DNA of 64,000 bases from Azolla caroliniana (GCA_043228905.1 JBHGNT010000015.1:6572001-6636000); one strand, 5' to 3'; counted from the first letter of the stretch, positions 23,026-37,122 are shown. Numbers and translations are program-made. The notes: generated by a model from the letters alone, not told the origin.

Positions 23026-24919
23026 TGTAAGTTGAAACACTCACCCTACTTATGGATCATGAAAACAAAAAACCTATAGTGGCAAGATCGGAGGTACAGA
23101 GTGTACTACCTTCTTGACCTTCCAGCCCCACCTGCCAGCATTTCTTACCTTTTAGGAGAAAGAGAAAAAGATTTGCTTGAAGTGTGTCTCTGAAGGATCT
23201 TGCTAGAGTAATGCTGGAAGTCATTGATATGAATTACGGAAATCTGTATATGTTGCTCTAGTTATCTGTCAAAAGATAAGATGGGAAGAGCATGACAACA
23301 GAGTACCTAGATGCCTGAAATCGAAAGTACATATATTCATTGAATTTGGGAGATGAGTTCGTCTTATGTTAATTACTCTGATATCTTGATCCGTGCTAAA
23401 TTACTGAATCCTACAATTGGATTAAGAGAGCTGGTGTGATTCAGGTTCACCTAGGCTGAGTAGTAGTTCATCATATGTGACACCATAGATGGTGATTCAC
23501 ATTCCATACCCAGATGACTGTCGACTCGACCTCGTCAGCACTGGTCCCTTCACATAATGTGTGATAAGGGTATGACATATGAGTCTCAGGAAAGCAGCAA
23601 ATGGGAGGTGATCGAGGAAGGTGGGGAAGCTGTGGTCGGCGAGGAAGGTGGCACCAGACTGCTATTGACAAAGTTGAGGCCACCAATACTTACGGGTAAC
23701 TACCTTGAAAGTCTTGCAATATTGCCATGATGAGCTTCCAAGAGCCCGTCAAGCACTACATCCACCATTATATATCTACCCGCGGGTAATAACTTATCTA
23801 TCAAAAGCAGGTTTGCATCTCATATATTTCTCTAGTTGAGAGGAGACTATGTCAAGGTGATTTTCCCTCTAATTCACAATACTCTGTGGATTGCTCGATG
23901 TGAACTGTGAACCGGTTGGAGATTGCCAATTACAAATGTTAACCGGTTTCTCAATCATTTATTTAGTTTTCTGTGGGTTTACCCTAGCGGTAAGCTATTA
24001 AAATTCCAATATAACATTGTTGGTTCAAATCCTTTCACACATATTTGTTACATACCATACACCTAAACTACAAGCCACGTGGGTGGATCAAAGTAATGAC
24101 CTTAGAAACTCCCAACCAGTTGCTATAGCCATCTTAACTAATAGTCCTCATTTACTCTCTCTCATGGATGTGTAAAATCAATTGCTCATGAATGAGAACG
24201 AGAAATATATATGTGTGTGTGTATGTGTATTGATCTTTTGCTTATGAACAAATATGTTTACATGAAATTCTGAATGAATATTTGGAAAGATAAACTTGAG
24301 ATTTCTCTCTATCTCTCTAAGTCTTGCTCATTAATGAATATTTAATTTCAACATGAATCAATCAGTCATGTTTTGTTTCTATTCCCATGTGTGTTATGAA
24401 ACTTGGGGGGCCCAAAAGTAGAGCAACTATTGATGCCATAAGAGAGGTGAGTGTTGCTCAATGAAATTCAAATATAGGGGTCTCGTCATAAAAATTAATT
24501 CCGATTTAATTTCATGCATACATATTTTACTTAGTATTGTGCATTTAATTTTGCCATTCGGAGTAATATATTGCTGTCCTAATTAAATATTTGCTCATTC
24601 TAATCTAATGTATTTGCTTCATCATCATTTTAATTTCATTAGAATCTATGAATTTGATAAGATTCTTCAAATAATTTAAAATTCAACAAATTAGTTCATC
24701 CCATAGATAATTGTTATCGAGTTATTCATCCCATAAAAACTATCATTGTTATAGTTATTGTTAGAATAGGGAAACCTCAACCAATGGGAAGATTCGCGAT
24801 GGATTTACATGGTGTGAAATCATTTTTTGTTCAAAAGAAAATATTGTTGCAAGTACGTTGGATGCTAGGATGCCCAAGAATAAAGCTCAATATGAAGGAT
24901 TCAAGTATCATAACAATCA

Positions 24920-25363
24920 CCCGTGATGTGTTGGTGTAATGGTAATGGGGGGACACTCCAACCACTAGGTTGGAGGTTCGAGTCTCCCCGCACCAACATA
25001 CATGTGGTACCTAAAAAGGGCGGTTTGTGCCGGTAAGTGACGACGACGCAGATGGTGACGGTGAAGGGTGGTTTGTGCTCGTAAGTGACGACGACGAAGA
25101 TGGTGACGGTGACAACAATGACGATTTTGACGATGAAGAAGGTAAAATGTAGCCTGTCTACAAGTTACATGATGGAACGTGGTGCGAGTCTCATCATATC
25201 TCCTAGAGGTCATCCTGTGCATGTACCTCACTTGTACCGAATGGTACATCCCTTGATGAACTATGTACTGCTAATAAAACATGACTTCGTGTGAGTTGTA
25301 CCCTTCGGGCGAGCCAAAGATAAAAAAATACTAAAGTAGTACAAAATTACAAGAAAAAAAAAG
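24920..25363 (+). mobile_element. tRNA-derived SINE with A-tail; 3' end tandemly duplicated to 25480
   Basis: A-box tggtgtaatgg (24932-24942), B-box ggttcgagtct (24975-24985) and an A-rich tail. 15-bp TSD gtatcataacaatca at 24905-24919 and 25364-25378, with a third copy at 25466-25480. Confidence 0.88.
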
Positions 25364-27635
25364 GTATCATAACAATCAAAGACATGACTTCGTGTGAGTT
25401 GTACCCTTCGGGCGAGCCAAAGATAAAAAAATACTAAAGTAGTACAAAATTACAAGAAAAAAAAAGTATCATAACAATCAAAGAAGGAAGGAATTTGAAT
25501 AGATAAAGTTAGAGGCGTTTTTCAAAAAAGTGAAAAAAAGCGGGGCGTGGATACGAAGATTTAGATAGATAAAATAACTCATAACTTCATTTGATATCCA
25601 AATTTTAAAAGAAAAGATTCATAAAAAAGATGACAATGAGAGCTTTCCAAAAATATTTTATATAAAAATTTTGGGATTACAGAGGAAAAATAGTGATATA
25701 AAAAAACGTCTCACATAGACTCCAGTATATTTTAAAAAAACAAGAATAACGCACCAAAAAACCTATAAATAGGAGGGTATTCTTAGCCATAAGGAGGAGG
25801 AAGGAATAATGTAAGGTTAAAAGAAGGGAGAAGAGGCATAGTAGAAGAAATAAGGAGATAAAGGGAGGACTTTTATGAGTTTTTTTTCCCTTGAAAGATT
25901 TTAATCAATAGTATTAAAAACGTCTAAAGACTAAAAGTTGAAGTTATCTGCCCATAGGCTTACAACGTAGAATAAAAGACAATGTATGTACACCAAAACC
26001 TGTACATACAAAAACAACTTATATAGGGGTGTTGAACCTTGATACGGTACATTAACATGATGTGTTTATATTCAAGAAAGGGTCCATGGAAGTTAATAGT
26101 TCCATTGAGGTCTTTGATTTGACACTACAAAGAGGGGCACCTTCCTCCATAAGTGAAGAAGCTTCATCCTTCTCTTATGAATATTTTTTGGAGAACCATA
26201 CATATTATCATACTGCCCACAGACTACTGTCAGCAATGTTTCCCATATCTCAAGCAGTACATCTGAAAGACCAAGCTTTATTGCATCATAAAGTTGATTG
26301 CATCTACATTTCCATAATACCCATAATGCTACCGTAGTCACAGTTTTGCAGCCTGAACAGATCTCACATGCTTTCAAGGTTGTTGAAATGAACTAACCGA
26401 TATCAATCTTTTGTTGTGTACTGTCATGGCCTCTTGAATATCGTCTGCCTCATACAACATCAAGTTGGAATGTAAAATTCCCCACGCCGCTTCACCCTAT
26501 GAGAACAACCAACCAACATTGATCGTTAGGAATAAAGAAAGAACTTTATTCCATACTTCCTGACCCAAGGGACAAGACCATAGGGCATGCTTAGTAGTCT
26601 CATGCGTTGCATAGCAAAATCCACATTGCCTGAGATTAGGTGGTACATTCCCTTTCAACGACTGGCCAACTGGTAATGCTGCATGCACTAATAGCCATCT
26701 AAAAATAATAAATTTAGAGGGCCCCTTGAAAGCCTAGATCCATCTCCAATAGCTTTTCAACTGCAACGTTAAAACATCCCAATTAGTCCAATGTTTTTGA
26801 GCTGCTGGCACCATTACATTCGTAGACATTAGTAATGAACTTCCAAGCTTCACTGAATACTGAAAGAAAGGAACCTTTATGATCTGTTCCCCCAAGGAAT
26901 AGAGGCTGCAATCTATTGCTATCAAGAACCTCAAAATAAGAAATGCACCCATTAGGTGAGATAACCTTGACAACAAAAAATATGTCATTTATGAAGCATC
27001 CAAACCAGAAATGTTCCTGTATGGGTTGGAAGGTCGCCGCCAATGAGGAATATGACGCTGAAATGGCAGCCATCATTATCTTGGCACCATGAACAACTTG
27101 TAAATGCACAAGACGATTTACTTGTGACATATACTGGAATTGAATCCAAGTGCTTACAGATGCAGGTGACCCATTATCCAATTTACCCCAGGCAAGGTGA
27201 GTTCTAAGACCCAACACTTTTCCTACATTATCCCGAAATAGAGAATTTGCAAGAAGAGGCTGATAAAGTAGTGCATCCCAAGTAGAAGGCTTCTCCTTAA
27301 TCAGAAATGGCTTAATCCCATCCCATGCCCTTATGATTCCTAACAAAAATCGATTAGATGCTAGATCCCGCCTTGCCGTTTGCACATCATTCAAGAACAA
27401 CCATTCAAAGAGGGAGACCAAAATCCCCCTGTCTTAAGACTTAACTTCATTAGCTGATTTATAAACATTCCTTTCCAGGCTTTTGACCATGGCAACAATC
27501 CTCGAATCACAAACTTAACCAAGAGGGCTCTTGACTTCATCAAAGGATCTATCAAACCCAACCCTCCATGGATTTTAGGTTGAATCAACACCTTCCAAGC
27601 AACTTTGGTCATTATTCGAGATTCATATTTTCCCC

Positions 27636-28840
27636 CTAGAGGAAATTACGGATCAAGCTTTGCACTTTCATTATTGCTGACCTAGAAAATAACCAAACAG
27701 ATGCTATAAGCCACATAGACGCCAAAAGTACTGAATTTGCTATAACAACCCGACCTGCAAAGGACAATTGTTGGGCATCCCAATATAGAAGTTTATGCTT
27801 TATTGATAATAGTAGTGGGGATAACATCGCTTCTGATTTTAAATCTATACAAACTAGGCATCCCAAATACCGAACAGATTCAACTTGGTGAATCCATCGG
27901 AAAGTAGAACCTGGATACCAAGTAGGATGAGGCTCTTCAACCACCCATAACCCTACCGACTTATTCCAATTAAGTGAGGCGCCTATGGCTTGTGAGAAAT
28001 TCTGCAAAGCATTTTGTACTTGCCCGAGATTACCAATCTCCCCATCAACATAGAGGGTTGTATCATCTACAAACTCAACATCCAATACAGTGGATTGTGC
28101 AATAGGTAATGCTATACCTTTTATAGCAGCCAAAGAAGATCTTAGGTTTGAGGATAGAGCTTCCCCGAAAAAGATAAAAAGAGAAGGGGCAAGATGACAT
28201 CCTTGCCTAACTGACCTAGAAATTAGAAATATTGGCCCATAACCTCCAGCAAACAAAACTGAGCTAGAGGCTTGCTTGTATAAGGCCGAAACACTAGTTA
28301 TCCATGCATTAGGAAAACCTAATCTTGACAGCACTGCCTCAAGAAAATCCCAGTCTATTTGTCATAGGCTTTTTCAAAGTCCAGTAGTAAAACTGCCATT
28401 TGTTGTTTATTTTGTTGAGCTAATGCAACCATTTCCCAGAACAAAAAGATATTATAAAAAATGCTTTTGTCTTGTATAAAACCAAAGTGTGTACCATGAA
28501 TAGATGGCAACAAAGATCATAATCTAATGGCAATTGTTTTTGCCACAATCTTATAAACATCATTAAACAATGTTATTGGCCGCCACTTAGAGACTTCATC
28601 ACATTGAACATCCGACTTAGGAATCATATACAATATCCCTTTTGCCCATTTTGCCGGCATAGTTCCCGTTGAAAAAATTAGTTTAGTCGCTCTAGTGAGG
28701 ATAGGGCCAAGAAAATCCCAATAATGTAAGTAGAAGCCAACTCCTATTCTGTCTTTTCCTAGACAAACATCCTTACCCAAGGATTTAGTTGCAAATAAAA
28801 CCTCTTGAAACGTAAATGGTTGTAGTAAATGAGATGCCAT
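27636..28840 (-). pseudogene. L1 ORF2 reverse transcriptase region (frameshifted)
   Basis: KWRPITLFNDVYKIVAK, RSVRQGCHLAPSLF, EFVDDTTL, VRYLG. Confidence 0.9.
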
Positions 28841-31451
28841 TTCATTTGTAATCTTCTACTGAACAGTTGCAAGTATATCTTATTTCTTATAAAGACTATC
28901 TGTTGTAAAAGTTGTAGTAGACAACAACTGATGATAGTAATCTGAGACTATACCTCACATTTCAGAGTCATATGATGTATATGATCCATCAGGCCATTTC
29001 AAGGAAGTAATAGAGATAGGTTTATATTTTCGTTTGAACTGATTGAAGAATTCCTTATTAACTTGATCTTGTTTTTGCGACCAACGAGCATCATTACGAT
29101 AAAAGAGGAACGTCGAACGTGCCTGTTGCTTTTCTTTTAAACTTCTTTTTACCTACTGCAAATCAGAAAGTAGCATGGATGAAGTTGGATACCTTTCCAA
29201 TAGTTTTTGTAATGCTACGAAAGCACGACACAAATTGGCAATTTCTGAATTGCAACGATACACCGAAACTGAATCTATATTCATGAAGAAATTCTTTGTA
29301 TCAAGTATGGGATCAACCATATTACGAAGCAAACAATCATCCTTCAAGTTGTATTTTGACCATATCTGAACAATTGACATCCGATGGGTATCATCAGATA
29401 GCAAGGAAGGAGGAATACACCACTACTTAGAGTATTGCTTCTTATTAAATGTAACATTTAACTTCAGAGGTTCATGGTCAGATATCATTGATCCCGGAAT
29501 AATGCCAAGGGATCTGCCCGCATCCCACAAAAAATTGTTGGCATAAAATCTATCTAGCTGAGACAAAGTAGCACTAACCACACTCCCATCTAATCTAGAA
29601 AACTACAGGGATCCTTGTATACGTGAGAATGATTGCACCTTCCATAAATCAAGTAAATCAAATGCAAAACAAAAGGAGTTCCAACACTTAGCTTCCCATC
29701 CTAAAACTGTAGTAGTTGAACATCCTATTCTATCGGAAGCATCCTCGATCATATTAAAATTGCCTCCCACTACCCAACAATCTGCTAAACCCGCATATTC
29801 CGAAAGAGACAGGCAAAAACATGCCCTCTTTGATGCGGAATTAGGAGCATAGATATTCAATAGGCCAACCTTCTAAGAACCTATTTTTATAATAAGAAAT
29901 TTTGCCCGTTTATTCATAATAGTACCTGTTGACAAGATAATAGACTGCAAGTGTTGTCTAAGAGCAATACATAAACCGGCATGGCGGCCATTTGGACCAA
30001 AGGTAGGAACCCAAAAATGAGTCCACCGTCCTAGTAAAATGGAGCCATACTTCTGAATCCTATCCCTACACAGGTGATGCTCTTGCAAAAAGAGGATATC
30101 AATAGTACCAATATTAGAAATAACTAAATCTGAACATAAGAGTCCTTAATCTGCGAAAAGTCTGACCACCCAGGCTTTGCACATCCAGGAAAGAAAATGT
30201 AGGGCATTCATATTACATAGGGTTTAGAGATGTCCTTTTCTCAAGAAGAGCATCCTGGCATCCTTTCTTGGCACCCTCCTGAGCTCTCATTTGTCTTTTC
30301 AAAAGAAAATCCTTCCTTGCATACTTATGCATCCTATGTTGCTTGACAACCTTTTCAGAATTTTGGATTGTCAAAGGGTCCTGTGTAACTATAAATTGAA
30401 ATCCAACATGAATGTGCTCTTGGTTAATTTCAATATCCACTGGTTGTCCTTTGATCATATCCAAATACACTTGTAGATTAGAGGCAACTTTTCCTTTAAG
30501 CTTATCGGAAGATTCTGAATTAGTAGACGTAATCAAAATGTGTTGATTCTCAACATTTTTTAAGGGTGGTTGTCCTACCACCAACTTTGTAAAGGATGTA
30601 TCGAACTGAGTAGAGTGTTGATCCATCTTCTACGACGAAGAATTTGACTTGAGTTTCTGTTGAGGAAGGTGGAATGATGAATGACCCCATTATTCACCTC
30701 TTGTGAACTTTCCTCTTCTATTTGGAGGGCATTATATGTATTCTGCAAGGGAGGGAATTCTTGCATATTGTTAATTGGCACTTGTGAAGGTTTATTTAGA
30801 GATACACATGGAAATGTCTTCTTATGCTCCAGTGTGGTCCAACCATCAGATATATTCTGATATGGAACTATAGTGGTGCTAGGTGTATGTTTGTTAATGT
30901 CTTCATTAAATTCCGGGCAATATTTTGCCAAATGACCAAACCCAAAACAACAGAAGCACTTATTCGGCAAACCCCTATACAAGATTTTCTGAGAATAAGG
31001 GGCTTGTAGATAGTCAAGTAAATTAGGAAACAAAATGTTTGAGGGCAAACTTGTAGACTTAGAAATCACAAGCTTTGCAGATGCAACTCCTAGATACTTA
31101 TCTTCGACCTGGCATGGTTTATCATAAATTTCTAAAACCGTACCAATAGTGCTAGCAATCACATGTATTGAAGGCAACCATTCTTTTTGCAAATTAGGAG
31201 AAACAACCACACATGTTTGATACTAATCAAAATCATGATGCACCTGATTTGCGGAGAAATTGTGACTCCCCTTGTGAAAACAGATCCAACCTTCCTTGAT
31301 TTTTGTTGCTTTCTTCTCCAAAAAAATTGGTACCGTACGTTCTAACTCGAACTCTAGTTGGTAGTAACTTCTGCCAAGTATTTGTACATCTGTAATGTTA
31401 TCAAGATCCTGTTTCAAAGCGGCTTGAAGCAACAAATGGAGATCAACGCGT

Positions 31452-33567
31452 TGTGGAGGTGGTCCTCGCGGATGCGTGGAATGAGGCGGGACCTCGGGGG
31501 TCTTGTACCGAAGAGCAAGAGAGAAAGGAGAAGGGAACCCACTACGTGCGAGCGTAGATTCACAGGGACACGGCCCTTCGACACAAAGACACGAGTGGGA
31601 CAGCGACCCAGATAGACACGAATGTATGTATGTATTAGCAAAGACAAACAACAAGAACACGAAGTCGGTTACAACCGAACAGGCCGGCGAACAGATGCCG
31701 ATGCCTATAACGAGTGAGGAAACTTTGAGATTAACTGTTTTGTTATTGATACAGGTTTTTTCGTGGACATTGGTCATGACGATAATTGGCTAGACGGTTG
31801 ATGTGGATTGAACGAAGAAATTTTCTGTGTGAAAGTGATAAGGTTGAGTGAAGATGGTGGGGAGGGTGAAGCCGACTATAACGAGTGGGTGAGAAAATGT
31901 TTACACTAATTTTGTGTTGATCAATACAGGATATGCGTGGACATTGCCACCGTGTTAATTGGTGAGATGGCTGATGTCGACTGTATGAAGAATTTCTGTG
32001 TTAAGGATGAGTGAAGATGGTGGGGAGGGTGAAGCCGACTATAACGAGTGGGTGAGGAAATGTTTACATTAATTTTGTGTTGATCAATACAGGATATGCG
32101 TGGACATTGCCACCGTGGTATTTGGTGAGATGGCTGATGGCGACTGAATGAAGAATTATTGTGTTAAGGATGAGTGAAGATGGTGGGGAGGGTCGAAGCC
32201 AATGTGCAGGAGTGGGTGAGGACATGTTTTAACCTAAGTTTTTGTTGATTATACAGGATATGCGTGGACATTGGAACCAGGTTAATCGGTGAGATGGCTG
32301 ATGTCGACTAAAGGAAGAAATATTTGTGGTGAGGATGAGTGAAGATGGTGGGGAGGGTCGAAGCCAATCATCAGGAGTGGGTGAGGAATTTTTAGACGGA
32401 TTTTATTCTTATCACAGATTTTTGGGGTTTTTGGGCAATGACGTTAATCGGAGACATGACTGATGTGGGTTAAATGAAGAATGGTTGTGATGAGATTATG
32501 GTCTAATCAATGTATGGCTGTTCTGAGTTGGTAGAGATTATCATGGTTGCTTCAAAGTGACAGGTGCTGCAGGGACTGTTTTGGTGTTGTGTTTTCAACG
32601 GCAACAGCCGAGGAAGGTTCAATCTTGCATGGGAAAAGACAGACAAAGATACAAGAGGTTGGACAGATTTATGAGCTTGGAAAGTCAGCTTGAAGAAGAC
32701 TACGGCCAAGAAGTAGCAGATTACCTCAATGGCTTGATTGGAGAGAGCAATTTTGTATTACCTAAGTGGTACAAAAGGACATTCACAAGGGAAAATTAAC
32801 GGCCAAGGAACGGGAACAACTATTGGACAACCAGGTGATGGTGAACAACTTAAGTACATGCGGAACCAAATGCAAACATGGAGTTTTTAGACTACTACCC
32901 ATGATTCCCACCAACATATGTAGTCACTTGGACCGCAGGAATTTGTTTATAGGTTGAATATGGGTATACTAAAGAGCTTTAGTATATGTGGAATCACATT
33001 CAGCCAATGTTGGCTGCAACATGATGTTTTTAGAGGCCATAACAAATGCCATCATTATTTGGTCCCTTTTTTTACGATATATAATTATGGAGTGGAAACT
33101 ATTATGTACAATTTGTAGATTGCCTTTGGCATTGTTAAATTTAATACCAATGGAGCATATTTTTATGGAAACAGATGCCGATGCCTGTTCATAAACGCAC
33201 AGAAAGAAAGGGGTAGGTTGGAGGTGCTGCCGGAAGCACTCGGGCATTCCTCAGAGCAGCGCGAGCCTCCCGAAACCTGCGCAGAAGGAAGCTATGGAGT
33301 TTGGAAGAGAGAGAAGCCTTCGGCCCACAATCCGACAACACTTCGTCCTCTCTTCCTTCGTGATCCCTTCCTCCTCCTCGTCTCCCTCCTTTTATAGGCA
33401 AGAAGGGAGCCGTTTCCTATTAACTTCCTACCTACCGAATCTACCTACCTAGGATCTCCCATGTCCCTAATTCTCTCCTATGTACAACACAAGGCGTACG
33501 TGCATGAAGAGCTGGTTCCTATGCTCCGGCGCACCGATTCCGCTTGTGGACGGTTTTCTTCACGACA
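31452..33567 (-). mobile_element. Solo LTR (Gypsy-type, related to LTR at 55809) inserted in L1 ORF1, itself interrupted
   Basis: TGTGG...CGACA termini with 4-bp TSD GCGT (31448-31451, 33568-33571). Removing it restores the L1 ORF1 frame (RPTRVDL). It shares ggaa.ga.g.gggacc...gggtcttg.accga with the 55809 LTR. Confidence 0.85.
31707..32490. repeat. Tandem array of ~163-bp units (~5 diverged copies)
   Basis: gagtgaagatggtggggagggt recurs at ~31846, ~32010, ~32172 and ~32337, each unit containing caggatatgcgtggacattg. Confidence 0.9.
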
Positions 33568-35044
33568 GCGTGTAGGACGAAGGCCCAAGACATCCGCAAT
33601 GATATTCTTCTTCTCCAAACGTTGAATCTCTTGCACAATCCGTGTTCGATCCTGTTATGACAACATGAGCTCAACTGTGTTGTCCGAAATGGGTGGGATA
33701 TCTGGGTTAGTTGCACGGGAGCCCCAGTTAAAATGTTTGCGACGGCCTGGCAATTGCACCTGATTTGCGGATGTCACGATGAAGGTTGAGGCAATGGAAG
33801 ATTCAGAGGGATTGGGCACACCGATTTGCTCGCAACTACAGTGCTAGGCGTAGCAACATAGGCTGAACAACAAACAAACATGTGGCCAACAGTTGAGCCA
33901 TACACGATAGGAGATGATCCGGTTGCGGCGGCAAGCTAGGCAGTAGAAGGCAAGGCGGTGACATGCTGCACAGCTTTCTTCATCACGTCCAAAGGATCTG
34001 GTTGTTGTTGTATGACTTTTATGTGTTTCCTCATATTTATACCTTTTCCTAGGCCCCTTGAATAGATGCGCCTTTCTAAAAAGCTCTCCATTCATTGGTT
34101 GTCCAAATCATGATAGTGCATGCACCTATCATTCCTTCTATCCAATCACATTAGTCCCCTTTTTAACATTAGTGAGCGTACCCTTCACTAATGTAAATAT
34201 TAGTGACCTACCCTCACCAATGTTGTCGTAAAGGGATACGACCGATTGGTGCCACCATGATTCCACACTTGCCTCAACTACAACCACGCATCTCGACTTG
34301 GTTCAGTGACCCAACACTCCTTGGAGATCCACCTGATTTGACTCATTGGAGTTGATTTACATTCTAAACTCAAAGTTCTTTAGTATTATTGTTCTTAGGG
34401 ATTATTTGCATTATTTTGGAACAAATGTTGTGTAGTCAAAACCATGTAATGTATTTCATGTGCACCACATAACGCACATGCAAAGTTTCTCTACATGTGT
34501 GCCACATGGCCCACATGCTTTATATCGCGCACATGCACAAGCTTCTCTAGGTGTGTGCCACGTGGCCTACATATAATGACATAAATTTAGTATAAGAGGG
34601 GAGGATTATTGCCATGGAGGGGGGGGGGGGGGGAACAATCAAAGAGTCCTATTTTGTAAAGGGTTTTTCTCTCGAAGAAATAGTGAATTTCCTATTTTGG
34701 CATTTCTTCTTCTTCTGCGTTTGAGGAGTAGCGTTGTACGGTATTTTCTTCATAACTCTCAATTCTGGCATCTTTTTTCGACGTTATATAGCTCCTTTGA
34801 AAGCTCTTGCAGAGGGTTTTCCAATCTGTGTTTGCACACTTAATTTGGTTACGTAGGTGGAACTATATAAGGTTTTTGTCTTCACGGGTAGGGCTGCAAA
34901 CCATTCGTGACTATTGAGATACTTCTGACTTGACTTCCCACTCTTCTCTTTCATCTTCTTATTTCCACTCTCCTGGATCAAAACTCCAACGGTTTCTCCT
35001 GGACACACCAGGCTCTTATACGCGACGTGCTTCGACACGACATG

Positions 35045-35062
35045 TGGTGAACCCGACGTGAA
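35045..35062 (+). promoter_or_regulatory. Primer binding site complementary to tRNA-Trp 3' end
   Basis: TGGTGAACCCGACGTGAA lies 2 nt after the LTR end. It is the reverse complement of the recalled plant cytosolic tRNA-Trp 3' end TTCACGTCGGGTTCACCA. Confidence 0.82.
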
Positions 35063-35179
35063 AACGGGCGGCAAGGAGATTGAGTTCTGTGGGATTTTAC
35101 CTCTTCGAACATGGATGCAACACAACTTCAATCAATTCTTGAAGCTGTTCTCATAGGGAGGGAGAGGAGTCCGAACCTA

Positions 35180-37122
35180 GATCGAGTTGTGGATGGGGTA
35201 TTAGAGAAGTTAGGTCCATTCACTAGAAAGGATGTGACCCGATTTTTGTAGGTGTTCGATGCGGAGATGTTACATCGCAATATTCCCGTTGATTTGAAGA
35301 AATCCAACTTCCATCATGTGGTAGCTGACAATGTTCTTCCTATCAAAGAAGAGCTTCAAACGCAAGATGTTGAATGGGAGGCATTCCGTCGTGATTTGCT
35401 CAGTGTTTTTAATTATGTTGATTCCACCAAGATGACTCGGCGGGCATTTGAAGCTTGGGTGGAGTTGGACCAGAAGCATGGGTCAGTTCTAGAGATCCTT
35501 ACTGATTTTGAAGCAAAGTTCCGACAACTCTCAGTTCGGGAGAAAACTTTGCTTGAACTAGAGAAGGTGGTTCTCTTCCTTTGCTTGGTTCCCTATGCGG
35601 ATAGGGTAGAGATAGGAAAACTTATGGAATCAGGTGAAACTGAAACAGGTTTAGAGGAGGACTGGAGCCGAATTCGGTCCATCTGCCTTCGATGTGAGAA
35701 AAGAAGAACATGGCTAGGCTCGAAGGGACCTGGAAATGCTACTCCAACCTCCTCTTTGAAGACAGGAACAAGGATTGAGGCATCTATGGAGAAACCACAA
35801 CCAAGTGACGTAGATGACCTAGTGAAGTAATTCCTGGAGTGGAAGATTTCTTCCATGTCGAAGGTGCAACATCAACCACAAGTGCAACGAACTCTTCCGA
35901 CTAGGGATTTTCGATGCTTATGGTGTGACAGTTTGGAGCATCGAAGATCGGAGTGTGCGGAGCATCAGGAGGCGATGTAGAAGAACATCATATTCTACAA
36001 GGATCGGTTGATCCACTCATTTGTGACTCGTCAACTACTAAAGACAAATTTTGGGCGAGGAGGAATGAAAAAGATCTTGGAGGAAGAAGAGCTTCCACAT
36101 GCACAAGCTATTTTCCATTCTACTTCGGCTGCTATTCGACTAATTGAATTGCCCAAGCAAGATCCAACTATTCAAACTATTCTTATTGAAGATGGTTGTC
36201 AAAGGACTGGTTGGAGTGATCCAACTTTTCCCACAACTTATGATGTGATGGTAGAGGAGAAGAGGAGAAGAGAGGAATAGTTGGATTGTGAACGAGTTCT
36301 AAAGAGGGCTGATTTTCGTTCTCCATTCGAAAAGCAAAATTTGGACATGCAAAAGGCTGAACCAAACCCTGCACAAGTATCCAAGAAGTCATCTCCAACA
36401 TTCCGGATGCGGACTGAATTGGAACAAGAGGTAGATGCTTTCTCTTTCATTGAAAATTATGTTCTAAAGAAACATGTCTCGGTTCCATTAGGAGACTTGT
36501 TGGCAGTCTCCAAAAAGGAAGTTCAGGATGATTTACTGGAGAAGATGCGAAGAAAGCGAATTCTGATACAAGAATGACTGCAAAGGAGGCTGGATGGAAA
36601 GAAGGATCTACACAAGTGTTGAAGCATGAAGATAATATTCTGAGGAGCCACTTTACTCGGAATCACTGGGCTCGGGCAACTATAGAAATGAAAGTACGAC
36701 TTAGTGGTTTATCGGAGGCAGTCATGGCTCTAATTGATAGTGGCTCGGAGATAAACCTCATTTCCTTGGAGGTTTACAAGCAAGGAGGGTGGCCGATGAC
36801 TTCTGATCACCATTGGAGGATTCGAGAAACAACACAATCATCAGAGGAGTTATCTGGAGCTTGCCCATATGTGGAGGTGTCAATCAGTGGTGTTACTATG
36901 CTTCAATATTTCTTTATTTAGGATTCAACCACATATCCAGTTATATTGGGGCAACCCTTTATGGTTGTTGTCCGCATGGAGACCAAGGTATTGGATGATG
37001 GATCGGCCTATGCCCGGATCAAAGATATGGAAGGTGGAAGGATAGTACCATTTCAGATAGTTTGACCTAATCATGAAAGAAACAAGGATAGTTTACATGT
37101 ATCCTCTAATCGGGATTTTTAG
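35180..37122 (+). pseudogene. Gypsy gag-protease ORF (several stops)
   Basis: FTRKDVTRFL, CLWCDSLEHRRSEC knuckle, ALIDSGSEINL, VILGQPF. Ends ...RDF*. Confidence 0.85.

Larger units (their letters stand above)
26000..33950 (-). mobile_element. Decayed near-full-length L1-type LINE, ORF1 interrupted by solo LTR (ends approximate)
   Basis: ORF1 ...GLRPT|RVDLHLLLQAAL... with knuckle CFCCFGFGHLAKYC. Endonuclease LQEHHL, NIYAPN, VVGGNFN, SDH. RT WRPITL, SVRQGCHLAP, FVDD, YLG. C-terminal CGFC...ETTKHALWSC. Confidence 0.9.

Noticed and set aside
23470-23810. GC-richer exon-like stretch ending cag|gtttgc after second PPR gene
   Set aside because: All frames contain stops and no domain is recognisable; it may be UTR or a gene fragment.
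24925-24995. Functional tRNA gene
   Set aside because: A/B boxes are present but there is no convincing cloverleaf, and it is followed by a body, A-tail and TSD, so it is a SINE head.
31223-31777. 184-aa ORF as a novel gene
   Set aside because: It is a chimeric read-through from inserted LTR/satellite sequence into L1 ORF1.
31707-32490. CRISPR-like array
   Set aside because: The whole 163-bp unit is repeated, so this is an ordinary tandem repeat.
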